Origin: Pseudomonadota bacterium | GTDB lineage: Bacteria; Desulfobacterota; Desulfobacteria; Desulfobacterales; Desulfobacteraceae | Assembly (NCBI GenBank): GCA_043827005.1 | Contig: JBDRPM010000028.1 | Location: forward strand, 27,006 to 91,005 | Direction of reading: 5' to 3' | Length of the DNA: 64,000 nt | Shown: positions 31,282-41,974 of the stretch, piece after piece | Layout of the letters: each line of letters opens with the position of its first letter | How positions within the stretch are numbered: position 1 is the stretch's first letter | Made by a program: the position numbers and the translations under genes | Notes under the pieces: model-generated | What the model was told of the DNA's origin: nothing | Database searches by the model: none | What the model saw: the letters and a program-made list of their open reading frames with translations, nothing else

Positions 31282-31372
31282 AGATTTTCCGTCAAGGCCT
31301 CAAGCCCCATGATTCGATCCGGCAAATGGAGAAACAATACCGGGTAAGATCCCATTTTTCCCAGCTTTTTGC

Positions 31373-33004
31373 CTATAAAATAAAATCCGTGGCCAGAAAC
31401 TTGCTTTTGCGATACCGGACAATCTGAGTGATGATCTGCCTGTTTGAATCTGTCTGCTTGGCTGCAACCAGCGTCCGGATTGAAAAAACCCGCAATGCAT
31501 CAGATACGGAAAGCGTTCCTTCGGCAGAATCCTTTCGTCCGGTAAAAGGAAAAGTGTCCGGCCCTCGCTGGCACTGACTATTGATATTGACCCGGCACAC
31601 CTGATTTACCAGTGGATCAATCAACTGCGCCACCTGGTCAGGGTCTTTTCCAAAAATACTGACCTGCTGACCATAATTGGAATGAATCATATATTCGATG
31701 GGCTCATCAACCGTATTAAACGGCAGGATGGGAACCACAGGCCCGAACTGCTCTTCATGATAGACCCTCATTTTGCTGTTCACCGGGTACAAAACAGCCG
31801 GGAAAAAGAAGCTGCCTTGAATCGTCCCGCCACCAGGGTTGACAATTCTGGCCCCATGCTTCAGGGCGTTCGCCACCAACCCCTGCAGATAATCGGTTTT
31901 GCCTTTTTCAGCCACCGGCGTTACAACTACCCCTTCCTGCCAGGGCATACCACAGATCAAATTATTTACAGCAAATGAAAACCGCTCCAAAAAGGCCTGC
32001 ACTATCGCATCTTGCACAAACATGATTTTTAAAGCCGTGCACCGCTGCCCGTTAAAGGAAAGACTGCCCAGGACACACTCTTTTACGGCCAGATCCAGAT
32101 CCGCATCCTTGAGTACAATGGCAGGATTTTTAGCTTCCAGCCCCAAAACACAGCGCAGGCGATTGGGATGGGGATGCAGTTTTTTTAATGTATTGGCTGT
32201 TTTGCTGGAGCCGATCAATCCTAAAACATTGATCTTTCCCGAAGCCATAAGGGGCGGAATCATTTTTCTGCCTTCGCCATAAATAATATTGATCACCCCT
32301 TTTGGAAAAACATCACAAAAGGCTTGAAGAAGCGGTGCATAAAGCAGTGCCCCATGTTTGGGCGGTTTTAAGATCACTGTATTTCCCATGATCAGGGCCG
32401 GTATCAAAGTGGTGAAGGTTTCATTCAGCGGATAATTGAACGGGCCCATACACAGCACCACTCCCAGAGGTGCACGCCGGATCTGGCCGATAATGCCTTC
32501 TTCCATGGTGAAGCGGGACGACACCCGGTCCAGATCTTTAAGCGCGGCAAGGGTATCATTCATGTATTGGATCGTCCGGTCAAACTCTTTAGCCGAATCC
32601 TGAAGTGATTTTCCCACCTCCCACATTAAAAACCGCACCACCCGGTCCCGCGCTTCAATCATTTGAAAAATAAATTGTTCCATATGATGAATCCGTTCTG
32701 CCACAGACAGAGTGGGCCAGAAACCCCGCCCATGATCATAAGCGGCAACCGCTGCATCAAGAGCCTCAAGCGCATGGGTTTCGTTCAGCAACGGATATTC
32801 CCCGATTAAAAAAGGCTTAAGGTTTGTACCATCGCTGACCTGAACTGGTGAAAAAACAGGCTGTCTGGGACCATCCCAGGCCCGGATCTCGCCATTGATA
32901 AGATAACCTGTCTGAATACAGGGGATATCCTTTAAAAGGGTTTTGGAAATATCTTCCATGCGAGGGAATATGTTCTTATTTTTTTGGGCTGACACCATGA
33001 TCAT
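31373..33004 (-). CDS. gapN: NADP-dependent non-phosphorylating glyceraldehyde-3-phosphate dehydrogenase
   Basis: ALDH fold: PFNYPLNE, LGLEAKN, SFNGQRCTA, EEQFGP; adjacent to fbaB. Confidence 0.85.
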   Translation of the reverse strand: MIMVSAQKNKNIFPRMEDISKTLLKDIPCIQTGYLINGEIRAWDGPRQPVFSPVQVSDGTNLKPFLIGEYPLLNETHALEALDAAVAAYDHGRGFWPTLSVAERIHHMEQFIFQMIEARDRVVRFLMWEVGKSLQDSAKEFDRTIQYMNDTLAALKDLDRVSSRFTMEEGIIGQIRRAPLGVVLCMGPFNYPLNETFTTLIPALIMGNTVILKPPKHGALLYAPLLQAFCDVFPKGVINIIYGEGRKMIPPLMASGKINVLGLIGSSKTANTLKKLHPHPNRLRCVLGLEAKNPAIVLKDADLDLAVKECVLGSLSFNGQRCTALKIMFVQDAIVQAFLERFSFAVNNLICGMPWQEGVVVTPVAEKGKTDYLQGLVANALKHGARIVNPGGGTIQGSFFFPAVLYPVNSKMRVYHEEQFGPVVPILPFNTVDEPIEYMIHSNYGQQVSIFGKDPDQVAQLIDPLVNQVCRVNINSQCQRGPDTFPFTGRKDSAEGTLSVSDALRVFSIRTLVAAKQTDSNRQIITQIVRYRKSKFLATDFIL

Positions 33005-33023
33005 TTTCCTTATGCAATATTTA

Positions 33024-34076
33024 TCATGCCACGGTTATTTGTTTTTCAAGATAGACATCCTGCAACGCATTTAAAAGTTTAACCCCTTCTTCCATGGGTT
33101 TTTGAAATGCTTTACGTCCGGAGATAAGACCCATGCCGCCGGCCCGTTTATTGATCACTGCTGTTTTTACCACATCTTTGATATCATCTTTGCCACTGGC
33201 TCCGCCGGAATTGATCAGACCCATTCGTCCCATGTAACTATTAACTACCTGATACCGGGTCAGATCAATGGGGTGATCAGTGGTCATGTCCGTATACACA
33301 AGGGGGCTTGTTTTGCCAAATTTCACAGCATTATAACCTCCGTTGCATTCAGGCAGTTTCTGCTTGATGATATCAGCCTGTATGGTTACACCCAGATGGT
33401 TTGCCTGACCAGTAAGATCGGCTGAGGTATGATAATCAATACCATCTTTGTTGAACGCATTGTTTCTAAGATAACACCAGAGTATGGTAAACATTCCCAG
33501 CTCATGGGCGCGCTCGAATGCCATGGACACTTCCCTGATCTGCCGGTCTGAATTTTCAGACCCATAATAAATGGTTGCACCCACAGCACATGCCCCCATG
33601 CGAAAGGCTTGTTCAACAGACGCAAACATATTCTGATCATGTCGATTCGGGTAAGATAACAGTTCATTGTGGTTGATTTTCAGGATAAAGGGGATTTTAT
33701 GGGCATATTTTCTAGACACAGCCCCCAGCACACCAAGAGTTGATGCAACTGCATTGCACTGACCTTCAATGGCCAGTTTAATAATGTTTTCCGGATCAAA
33801 GTATATTGGATTCGGTGCAAATGAGGCCCCGGCTGAATGTTCAATTCCCTGATCAACCGGCAATATGGACAGATACCCAGTACCCCCAAGGCGACCATGA
33901 TCAAATACAGATTGAAGATTTCTTAAAACCGGGTTGCTTCTGTCTGTTGCTGCCATGATCCGGTCAACAAAATCAGGGCCCGGCAGATTCAAAGTTTGCT
34001 TTTTTACTTTGTCACACGTATGTTCCAGCAGGAATTGAGCCTCTTTACCAAGCAATTGTTGTATTTTTTCAAACAT
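33024..34076 (-). CDS. fbaB: Class I fructose-bisphosphate aldolase
   Basis: [25 protein letters not shown] (Schiff-base Lys), [10 protein letters not shown]. Confidence 0.95.
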   Translation of the reverse strand: MFEKIQQLLGKEAQFLLEHTCDKVKKQTLNLPGPDFVDRIMAATDRSNPVLRNLQSVFDHGRLGGTGYLSILPVDQGIEHSAGASFAPNPIYFDPENIIKLAIEGQCNAVASTLGVLGAVSRKYAHKIPFILKINHNELLSYPNRHDQNMFASVEQAFRMGACAVGATIYYGSENSDRQIREVSMAFERAHELGMFTILWCYLRNNAFNKDGIDYHTSADLTGQANHLGVTIQADIIKQKLPECNGGYNAVKFGKTSPLVYTDMTTDHPIDLTRYQVVNSYMGRMGLINSGGASGKDDIKDVVKTAVINKRAGGMGLISGRKAFQKPMEEGVKLLNALQDVYLEKQITVA

Positions 34077-34164
34077 TACCACCCCTCCATATTAAACTAT
34101 TTATCCAAGTGCCATTGGTTCTTCTTCAAACAGATAATCTTATATTTTACATATCTTTATATTT

Positions 34165-34329
34165 AGCGCCTGACCGAAAACCTGATTTTTTTCAAGTACA
34201 AGGCGAGCAAGAATTTTAACCGGAGGGCTCGAACAGGAGCGAATGTTCTCCTGCATTGAGTGTTTTGAGGATTAAAATCTTCAGCCCATCGCCGTATTCA
34301 AAAAAATTAGCGGGTTTCAGTCAGACACT
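34165..34329. mobile_element. MITE-like element with terminal inverted repeats
   Basis: AGCGCCTGACCGAAAACC versus reverse complement of the right end AGTGTCTGACTGAAACCC; internal arms also complementary; no ORF. Confidence 0.7.
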
Positions 34330-34437
34330 GTTTACTGTCGGACAAACCGCTTTTAATTCATTGGAATTTTATGTATATTAACACATATACATCGACAATT
34401 GACAACCTTTTTAAATATTTATAAAAGGAGAGTCGCA

Positions 34438-34848
34438 ATGAAGATTAAAGAAATGTCTTTTTTTGAAGGCATCGATAACGATGTGATTCAAAAAATTCAA
34501 CAAAATTGTACGCAAAAAATTTTTGACAAAGGAAAGTCTGTCTTTGAAAAAGGAGAGTCTGCAAATTTTTTGTATTTTCTTGAAACCGGAGAGATTGATC
34601 TATTTCTTAAAGAAAAAAACAGAAGCATCTGCATCCTTAATCTGCCGGGTGAAGTTTTCGGATGGTCTTCGATTGTAGAAAACGGAGTCTATACGTCAAG
34701 TGCCATCTGCAAAGTCCAAACATCTGTTCTCCGAATACCGCGGGAAGCGATCAAGGAAATATTCAACCAGCATCCCAAGGCAGCTGTAACATTCTATCAA
34801 CGAATCGGCAATGTTTTTTCAAAACGATTGACAACCGTTATTGATTAA
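34438..34848 (+). CDS. Stand-alone cyclic-nucleotide-binding (Crp/Fnr-type) domain protein
   Basis: F.KGE.A..LY.LE.G.I, PGEVFGWSS, YTSSA.C; no HTH; AGGAG SD. Confidence 0.85.
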   Translation: MKIKEMSFFEGIDNDVIQKIQQNCTQKIFDKGKSVFEKGESANFLYFLETGEIDLFLKEKNRSICILNLPGEVFGWSSIVENGVYTSSAICKVQTSVLRIPREAIKEIFNQHPKAAVTFYQRIGNVFSKRLTTVID

Positions 34849-35181
34849 AAACTTTCATTAAAAAACTCACATATATGCATCAAAAGCTTTTGGTTTAATT
34901 CTACCTCAGCTGCAGGGCACAGGGCTTGCAGCTGTAGTATTCTGCCGCAAACGGTATTCAACACCGCAGATAAGGTGAAAACGGTTTGCCTGCAAGGTGA
35001 AAGATTCGGGTTAACCATCATCCTGCCCCAGTAACTCATGTTGCTTTCGCCCACAAGATCAAATGGTTCAATCCCCGGAACCGGGAATCTACCTGGCAGA
35101 GGAGGGCAGTATTTTCAGAATGCGTTTTTTAAGGGGACGGCTTCCTAAAAATTCAAAATAAATGATACGTTGGTAAAATGG

Positions 35182-35898
35182 TCAAAGATGGAATCTGTTC
35201 AATTCTTTTTTCAATCGTCTCCAGTCAGGGATAAACTGATCCATAAACCCATAAAACCGCTGGTTGTGTTTTCGTTCCAGCAGGTGAACCATTTCATGGA
35301 CCACCACATATTCAAGAAAACAAGGCAACAGATGCACAAGCGCCTGGTTCACCCAGATTCTTTTAACCATGACATTACAGCTGCCCCAGCGGGTTTTCAT
35401 TTTCCGGACACGACATTCTTTAACATCCACACCCATGATCGGCTGCCATTTGTCAACCACAGCCTGAATATTATGTCTCAATTGGGTTCTTAACCAGTTT
35501 GCGACCTTTTTTCGTTTTTGATCGTCTTCACAACCCGGCTTAATATTTAAAACAATTGTGTTTTCGTCCGGCATATACACGATTGACTGTTCCTGCTGAT
35601 ATACCTCCTCAAAAAAGCAGGATTGCCCCTTAAACTGTATTCTTTCTCCTGTAACAAATGAATTGGCAGGTTCCAAAGCCCTGTAACCTGCCAACCTAAT
35701 CTGTCGTTCAATCCAGCTTTTTTTTGAAAGAATAACCTGATTCACTCTGTTTTCTGATAAATTAAAAGGCGCTGAAACAACGATCACTTTCCTGGATGGA
35801 TAAATCCGCAAATAAATATGCTTGATGACCTTTTTCTGGATTTCAAGCGCATAACCGCCAAAACCCATTGTCTGTACTTTTAAATCCTGAATAAACAC
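35182..35898 (-). CDS. YgjP/DUF45 (M48/SprT-like) metal-dependent hydrolase
   Basis: MKTRWGSC, YVVVHEMVHL.E.KH..FY. Confidence 0.88.
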   Translation of the reverse strand: MFIQDLKVQTMGFGGYALEIQKKVIKHIYLRIYPSRKVIVVSAPFNLSENRVNQVILSKKSWIERQIRLAGYRALEPANSFVTGERIQFKGQSCFFEEVYQQEQSIVYMPDENTIVLNIKPGCEDDQKRKKVANWLRTQLRHNIQAVVDKWQPIMGVDVKECRVRKMKTRWGSCNVMVKRIWVNQALVHLLPCFLEYVVVHEMVHLLERKHNQRFYGFMDQFIPDWRRLKKELNRFHL

Positions 35899-36527
35899 TA
35901 TCGGCTTTTTCTCATTCTCTTAATCAATTGGTCCACAGACTCTCCACTGGAGGTCACAGCCATGGGATTAATCTTTACCAGCTCTTCCCACGCCTTGATC
36001 CCCCCGTCAAAATCGTTAAGGTCATGAAGCAGGGTAATCCCTTTATTGAACCGGGCCTGTTCAAATTTGGGATCAAGGGCAATCACCTGATCAAACATTT
36101 CAATGGCTTTTTGAGGTTGATCATTTCTTCTGTACATTACACCCAGGTCTGTCATGACACCCAGATTACCCGGTGCCAGCAAAAGAGATTTTTCATAGGC
36201 CTCTATGGCATTGACATGCTGTTTTGAATCAAAAAACAGATTGCCCAGTTTTGTCCAGGAACCCGCATCTTCAGGATTTTTCTGTAAAAACGTCTCCAAC
36301 TCCAAAATCTGGGCAGCATATTCAACTGAGGCCTCATTGGATTCTTGCTGAGGTCCGGGTCCGGCTGTCTTCCCGGCCATCTGCGATGCTGTCCCCTGTC
36401 CGGCAAGCTTAAATGACGAGTAAACTGCCCCCCCTGCAAAACCAACAGCCAAAGACAGAATCATGACCGTGATAACGGTCTGTTTTTTCACATAAAGGCT
36501 GAGATCCACCTGATCATTTTTCCCCAT
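35898..36527 (-). CDS. Membrane-anchored tetratricopeptide repeat protein
   Basis: N-terminal TM; W..LGN.FFD, AIEAYEK, DLGVMYRR TPR units. Confidence 0.88.
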   Translation of the reverse strand: MGKNDQVDLSLYVKKQTVITVMILSLAVGFAGGAVYSSFKLAGQGTASQMAGKTAGPGPQQESNEASVEYAAQILELETFLQKNPEDAGSWTKLGNLFFDSKQHVNAIEAYEKSLLLAPGNLGVMTDLGVMYRRNDQPQKAIEMFDQVIALDPKFEQARFNKGITLLHDLNDFDGGIKAWEELVKINPMAVTSSGESVDQLIKRMRKSR

Positions 36528-36560
36528 AACACACTCCTTTGATGCCTTTGATACAAAATC

Positions 36561-36601
36561 AAAAAAAACCCTTAACCACTGAATGGGTTAAGGGTTTTTT
36601 T
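36561..36601 (-). terminator. Terminator after cold-shock gene (bidirectional form)
   Basis: AAAAAACCCTTAACC-actgaatg-GGTTAAGGGTTTTTT. Confidence 0.75.
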
Positions 36602-36639
36602 AAGTCAATAATTGAGTCGATCAGCTGAAAAAAGATTCA

Positions 36640-36840
36640 CTACTCCACAGTAACATTGGTTGCTGCAGGACCTTTTTGTCCCTGCTCAATGTCAAAGGTT
36701 ACACGATCCCCTTCTTTGAGGGTTCTAAAACCTGTAGAATTAATACTTGAGTGATGAACAAACAGATCATTTCCATTTTCTTGTTCAATAAAACCAAACC
36801 CTTTTGAGTCGTTAAACCACTTTACTGTTCCTTTAGCCAT
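36640..36840 (-). CDS. Cold-shock protein (CspA family)
   Basis: [15 protein letters not shown] (RNP1), LFVHHS (RNP2). Confidence 0.96.
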   Translation of the reverse strand: MAKGTVKWFNDSKGFGFIEQENGNDLFVHHSSINSTGFRTLKEGDRVTFDIEQGQKGPAATNVTVE

Positions 36841-37081
36841 TCGGGCAATCTCCTATAAAATAAAAATATAAAATGTTCCAGACTTGAGGAGTAATGCCAT
36901 TTTTTTAAGGAGTACGCCTTCAGAAAGAAACCATCGCACTTCACATATTCCAGTGCGAGTGTAAATATCCTATATGAATTAATGGCAATGTCAAGCATAA
37001 AATCGTATTTATTTCGCCGATTTTTTCTATTAACAACATAGCTTGGTATAGCTTTGAGCGTTTGCGCCCTGGCCTGTTCAC

Positions 37082-37468
37082 TTATGTTGGAACCGGCGTT
37101 TTGCCTAAGGGCGCGAAACAGACCCCGGCCAGTCTGAAATGGGCAAATCCAAACGGAATGCCGATTATGGTCAAACACAAACTGATTCCTGCTACAATAT
37201 GAGAGATTGCCAGCCAGATCCCGGCCAGGATAATCCACAAAAAATTGGCCAGCCCGGTGCCAACGATGCGTTTTTCCCCTAAAGTCCTTGAATCCACAAG
37301 TTCCTTTCCAAATGGAAATGCCACAAATCCTGCTATCCTGAATGCGGCATAAGCAAAGGGAATGCCGATTATGGTGGCAAACAGCAGGCAACCCAGCAGC
37401 AGCCATAACAACCAGGCAATAGCACCGCCGCCAAACACAAACCAGAGGATATTAAATATAAAAGCCAT
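37082..37468 (-). CDS. yccF: YccF-domain inner membrane protein
   Basis: Two NxLW..GG / TIIGIPF..PFG repeats. Confidence 0.88.
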   Translation of the reverse strand: MAFIFNILWFVFGGGAIAWLLWLLLGCLLFATIIGIPFAYAAFRIAGFVAFPFGKELVDSRTLGEKRIVGTGLANFLWIILAGIWLAISHIVAGISLCLTIIGIPFGFAHFRLAGVCFAPLGKTPVPT

Positions 37469-37492
37469 ATAAGCATTTTCCTTTTATAACGT

Positions 37493-37909
37493 TTAAGACT
37501 TTTGTACGATCCAGTTACGCTCTTTTTCCAGGATGAAATAACCCAATTTTTTATCATTCTCTAAAATATGCGAATAAATCCAATTGGTCATTTCTTCAAT
37601 AATTTTTAGGGCTGCTGTCTCAGAGTAGCCTCGATATTTTTCACGAAAATCTTTTAACCGTAGAATATAGAGGCGGTGATCTTCCATGTGAAATTTTTTT
37701 TCAGGGTAATCATAGTGTGTCATATACTCCTGCTCAAGATTGAAATGATGGTTCACATACATGACCAAAAAAGAAATCAGCTTTTCAAAAAGCGCTTGAT
37801 CCTGTTTGTCTTCCATTGCTTTTTTAAGCTCGATATATGAGTTGATCCACTCTTCATGCTGGGTATCCTGCCACAGCAGCCCGGTCTGATAATCAAAATC
37901 AATGCTCAT
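37493..37909 (-). CDS. Bacteriohemerythrin-family protein
   Basis: D.QH, HFNLE, HMEDH, HILEND di-iron ligand pattern. Confidence 0.88.
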   Translation of the reverse strand: MSIDFDYQTGLLWQDTQHEEWINSYIELKKAMEDKQDQALFEKLISFLVMYVNHHFNLEQEYMTHYDYPEKKFHMEDHRLYILRLKDFREKYRGYSETAALKIIEEMTNWIYSHILENDKKLGYFILEKERNWIVQKS

Positions 37910-37924
37910 CAACAATCGCCTCAT

Positions 37925-38338
37925 CTATTTTATTGCTATGATTTTCTTTTCAGCAGCAAGGATAAACTCGCCCAGAAGCATATCATCTCTAAGGATATGA
38001 CCAAGTATCCAGTCACCCATTCTTATCAACAGATCATCAGTACATTCTTCAGAATATTCACTATGCTCGGCTCTGAATTCTTTAAGCTCTTTTATAAAAG
38101 TTCTGTGTTCATCAAAATGCTTGTCCTTTCCAGGATATTTGTATTTATCCATATAGTTTTCTTCAAGTTTGAAGTGATGATTTACATACATGGCAAGAAA
38201 GGCGACCGTATATCGATACAGATTCCCATCTGTATTATTGGATTTTGCCTCTTTAACCTTCCCAAACAAATCAATCAGCTGCTTGTGCTGAAAATCCTGC
38301 CACAACACGCCGGTTTCATATTTTTCATCCAGAATCAT
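37925..38338 (-). CDS. Bacteriohemerythrin-family protein
   Basis: D.QH, HFKLEE, HFDEH, HILRDD di-iron ligand pattern. Confidence 0.9.
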   Translation of the reverse strand: MILDEKYETGVLWQDFQHKQLIDLFGKVKEAKSNNTDGNLYRYTVAFLAMYVNHHFKLEENYMDKYKYPGKDKHFDEHRTFIKELKEFRAEHSEYSEECTDDLLIRMGDWILGHILRDDMLLGEFILAAEKKIIAIK

Positions 38339-38350
38339 ACTTCCTCCTTT

Positions 38351-41300
38351 TTATATTTTATCTGACAGATACTCAATTGCAGATCGATTCGGCCGTTGGA
38401 AAAAAACACCATAATCTGATTTCAAATCAGGTTTCATCCCCCTTACAAACAAGTAAAACACACCGCCCATATCCTGGTCATAATCATAGGCCTTTAACCG
38501 CAATTTCAGATATCGGTGCAAGGCTACCAGATACAGATGGTATTGCAGAAAATAATGGTGAACTGTCATGGCTTCAAACACAGCTTTTGGACAATAGTCC
38601 CCATAGCAGTCCCCTAAATAATTGGTTTTATAATCCAGAATATACCATTTGCCCTCATGACAGACAACAAGATCGATAAACCCTTTCATAAAGCCCTTAA
38701 AACAAGAGACATTCATTTGTGACAACTTGTCAAGATAGCCTGCACTCTTGAACTTTGGATCTGAAAGTTCAAATGCTGTTTTAATCAACAAAAGGTTAAA
38801 CATATTCACATTAAAGGAAAATTCCAGCTCATTGAACCGTTGATGATGATTGATCTGGTTCAATGAAAAACTTTGTTTTTGATCACCAAGTTTTGTTGAT
38901 AAAACCTGTTGAACTGAACGACCGGCCATATCCATCAAATCCGGATCAAAAAAGCCAGCCATCCTGGCCTTATCTGTTACCAGACTGGCGATCATGCCTG
39001 GATCGGATGTAAAATCAAGGTCTTGATAAATGGAATGGAAAAAGTCCCCGGCCCCGGCCCCTTTGGGAAATTTTAAAAGCGTGATCTGTTGTGCCAGAGT
39101 AGGTTCCACATGGATGGGTTTTCCCAAAACAATGTCTTTTTGCGCCATCAGGGAATCTGTTTTTTTGATTTCAAAGATGTGCTCAAAAAAAACAGAATGG
39201 GTAATGGCTGAAAAGCTGGACATCGACCAGAGCGCCTCAACCCTGCGATGCGCTGTTGCCGCATAAAGATCGTTTTTTTCTGCCTTATCCTGCGCAATAT
39301 ATGGTGGCTGGCCTTCACAGGCCAGATCCCTGATCACAATACTGTCCGAAGCATGGGATCTTAGTTGTTCCAGATCTGCGATCATGGCCTGATCATCCGC
39401 AACGCCCAGAGGATGCAGCAGGCTTCCCAAAGCTGACATCTGAACTGACTTAAACCCGCCCCAGACAATTTGACACAAAGCCGATGCCCGGGTCAATGCC
39501 ACATAGAGCAGGCGCCGCTGCTCTGCCTGTTCTTCAATCTCATACCAATTTTTTGAAATATCTTGTTCATCTGACCCCAGATCAAGGGTGAGAGCATGAT
39601 CATTTTTCGGATCATGGAACACAAAATGATCCTTGGGTTTACCACCTGTTCCTTCCCACAGGTATGGAAGATAAACAATGGGATATTCAAGTCCTTTGCT
39701 TTTATGAATCGTAACAATGGCCACTGCTTTTTTATCACTTTCCAGCCTGAGTTCATCAGCAGCTTGCTCCCGAAGGGTTTTATTCAATTGATCTGCATAC
39801 CATTTAAACAGGTAACGGGGTGATAATTGCTGTTTTAAAAGAGCCTGGCTGATCAATTCAACCAGATGATAAAAATTGGTCATCCCCCTTTCATTCAGCC
39901 CTGGTCTTTGTTTTAAAAAAGCATCTTCAGAATGAAACACAGCCATAATCATGGACACAAATCCCCTGGTTTCCCACAATGTTTTGTATTCTGTAAATCT
40001 TTTCTGCCATTGAAAATATTCATCTTCGTTTATATCCAGCCTGACCATGTCATTTGAACAGAGTCCAAAAACCGAAGTGGATAAAGCTGCCTTAACATAC
40101 CCCTTATGACCGGGATGTTGCACTGCCCACAAAATATCATGCAGTTCAATGGCCTGTACTGAATCAAAAACAGACCCGGTGCCGGACTGGTATGACGGAA
40201 TCTCAAGATTTGACAAGGCTGATTGAATCGCTGTGGCCTGGGCATTGGTCCTGACCAGAACAGCAATATCTTTTGGACTGATGTTAACACCGAATGATTC
40301 ACCCTCTTTGATCAATCGATTATCCGATTGCAGCAATGCCAGAATATCATCAGCCACAAGCTTTGGAATCATTTTTTTAGCAGTTTCTTTGGTGATCATG
40401 CCCTGCTTGTCCACAAGTTTTCCGGTCCGCCCGACAAAACAAAACTGCAAAGGTTCAACCTGTCTTTTATCCTTTACCAGGCGGTTCACAGCAGCCTGAG
40501 GCGTGGTTACAGACAAAAACCCAATGGCATCAAATATAAATGGATTCTTGTGTTTGGAAAATATCGGATCTATTCCTGCCACCAGCAGCGGCCCGGATCG
40601 ATAATTTGTTTTCAAGGTGGCGCTCTGGTCACATCGTTTCGATGCTTTTAAGTAAGCAAAAATATCACCGCCTCGAAAGGCATAAATGGCCTGTTTGGGA
40701 TCTCCCACCATGAAAAACGGCGTACCTGAAGAAGAAAAAATCCTGGAGAAAATATAATATTGTCTGGGGTCAGTATCTTGGAATTCATCGATCAGGCAGG
40801 CATCATAGGTCTGACGAACCGCTGTGACAAGCTCGTCTCCTTTCTGATGCTCCAGAGCCTGGGCCAGATCATTGACAAGATCATCAAAAAAACAGATCCC
40901 CTGGGCTTTTTTCATCTGTTCAAGCTCAGACTTGAAAAAATCCAGAAAACCGATCTTTAAATCAATCAAATACTGTTCAAATTCATGATAAAAAGACAAG
41001 ACCTGCTCACATAAATCAAAGAACTCATGCTCAGGAGAAGTGTGATCCGGATCAGTCATAGACTGCAGCCGGGTATGGGTAAATTTATAGATCGGATCAC
41101 CTTTTTCAGTCATTTTAAATAAAACATTCGATCCTTGTCTTTCTATGGTCTCTTTTGTTTTCTCAAGCCATGAGGGAATAAACCGTCTGGCATAGCTTTT
41201 TTTATTTATCCCTGCATTATTTTCAATCGCAGATACGATCTGATCTGGTGCATTCAGTAGAATCCCATGCATACGATCAATGATTGAGCGATACTCATCA

Positions 41301-41974
41301 AAACGATTTTCAGATCTAGTTTCAAACCCATTCCCGGATTGATCAGCCAGCGGCTTGACCACCAGATCCTGGCGGGCAACCAAATTTGAAAACATGGCGG
41401 CAAGATGGTCCGGGTCAAAATGCTGCTGTGCCAGAAACCCTAAAAGCAATGGATCAAGATTGTTGATCCGGGTCATAAAATAATCACAAATCACCTGTTT
41501 TAGAAAAGCCGACCTGTCCGGAACCAGTTCAATATCAAACAGAGAACGACTTTCAAAGGCATTTTCTTTTAACACTTTAAGACAAAATGAGTGAATGGTC
41601 ATAACCGATGCCTGGTCAAATGAGGTAATGGCAGTCTGCAACCGTAATAACACCCTGGGCAGATCTTCAAAACTGCGTAACACAGTGACCAGATCATCCT
41701 CTTTACCCTGTGTTTGCTGATCAGAGGATAATAAATCCAACGGGTTATTGTTCAGTTGCAAAAGCGTTCTTACCAACCGCTGACGGATTCGTATTTTCAA
41801 CTCAGCAGCAGCAGCTTCCGTAAACGTGACCACCAGAATGGATTCAACCGAATATCCTTTTGCGATCAGCCGACAGAACAGGGTTGTGATCGTATAGGTC
41901 TTGCCTGTCCCGGCACTGGCCTCAATCAGGGTGTTTTTTTCAAGATCAATGTCAAACGGATCAAGCGGTTTCAT
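38351..41974 (-). CDS. recB: Exodeoxyribonuclease V beta subunit
   Basis: EASAGTGKT, LIDEFQDTD, GDPKQAIYAFRG, TIHKSKGLE, YVALTRA, nuclease GFIDL..DYKTN. Confidence 0.95.
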   Translation of the reverse strand: MKPLDPFDIDLEKNTLIEASAGTGKTYTITTLFCRLIAKGYSVESILVVTFTEAAAAELKIRIRQRLVRTLLQLNNNPLDLLSSDQQTQGKEDDLVTVLRSFEDLPRVLLRLQTAITSFDQASVMTIHSFCLKVLKENAFESRSLFDIELVPDRSAFLKQVICDYFMTRINNLDPLLLGFLAQQHFDPDHLAAMFSNLVARQDLVVKPLADQSGNGFETRSENRFDEYRSIIDRMHGILLNAPDQIVSAIENNAGINKKSYARRFIPSWLEKTKETIERQGSNVLFKMTEKGDPIYKFTHTRLQSMTDPDHTSPEHEFFDLCEQVLSFYHEFEQYLIDLKIGFLDFFKSELEQMKKAQGICFFDDLVNDLAQALEHQKGDELVTAVRQTYDACLIDEFQDTDPRQYYIFSRIFSSSGTPFFMVGDPKQAIYAFRGGDIFAYLKASKRCDQSATLKTNYRSGPLLVAGIDPIFSKHKNPFIFDAIGFLSVTTPQAAVNRLVKDKRQVEPLQFCFVGRTGKLVDKQGMITKETAKKMIPKLVADDILALLQSDNRLIKEGESFGVNISPKDIAVLVRTNAQATAIQSALSNLEIPSYQSGTGSVFDSVQAIELHDILWAVQHPGHKGYVKAALSTSVFGLCSNDMVRLDINEDEYFQWQKRFTEYKTLWETRGFVSMIMAVFHSEDAFLKQRPGLNERGMTNFYHLVELISQALLKQQLSPRYLFKWYADQLNKTLREQAADELRLESDKKAVAIVTIHKSKGLEYPIVYLPYLWEGTGGKPKDHFVFHDPKNDHALTLDLGSDEQDISKNWYEIEEQAEQRRLLYVALTRASALCQIVWGGFKSVQMSALGSLLHPLGVADDQAMIADLEQLRSHASDSIVIRDLACEGQPPYIAQDKAEKNDLYAATAHRRVEALWSMSSFSAITHSVFFEHIFEIKKTDSLMAQKDIVLGKPIHVEPTLAQQITLLKFPKGAGAGDFFHSIYQDLDFTSDPGMIASLVTDKARMAGFFDPDLMDMAGRSVQQVLSTKLGDQKQSFSLNQINHHQRFNELEFSFNVNMFNLLLIKTAFELSDPKFKSAGYLDKLSQMNVSCFKGFMKGFIDLVVCHEGKWYILDYKTNYLGDCYGDYCPKAVFEAMTVHHYFLQYHLYLVALHRYLKLRLKAYDYDQDMGGVFYLFVRGMKPDLKSDYGVFFQRPNRSAIEYLSDKI

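Noticed and set aside
34845-35054. 69-aa minus-strand ORF
   Set aside because: GTG start without a clear SD and no motif; overlaps the hairpin-rich stretch reported as a finding.
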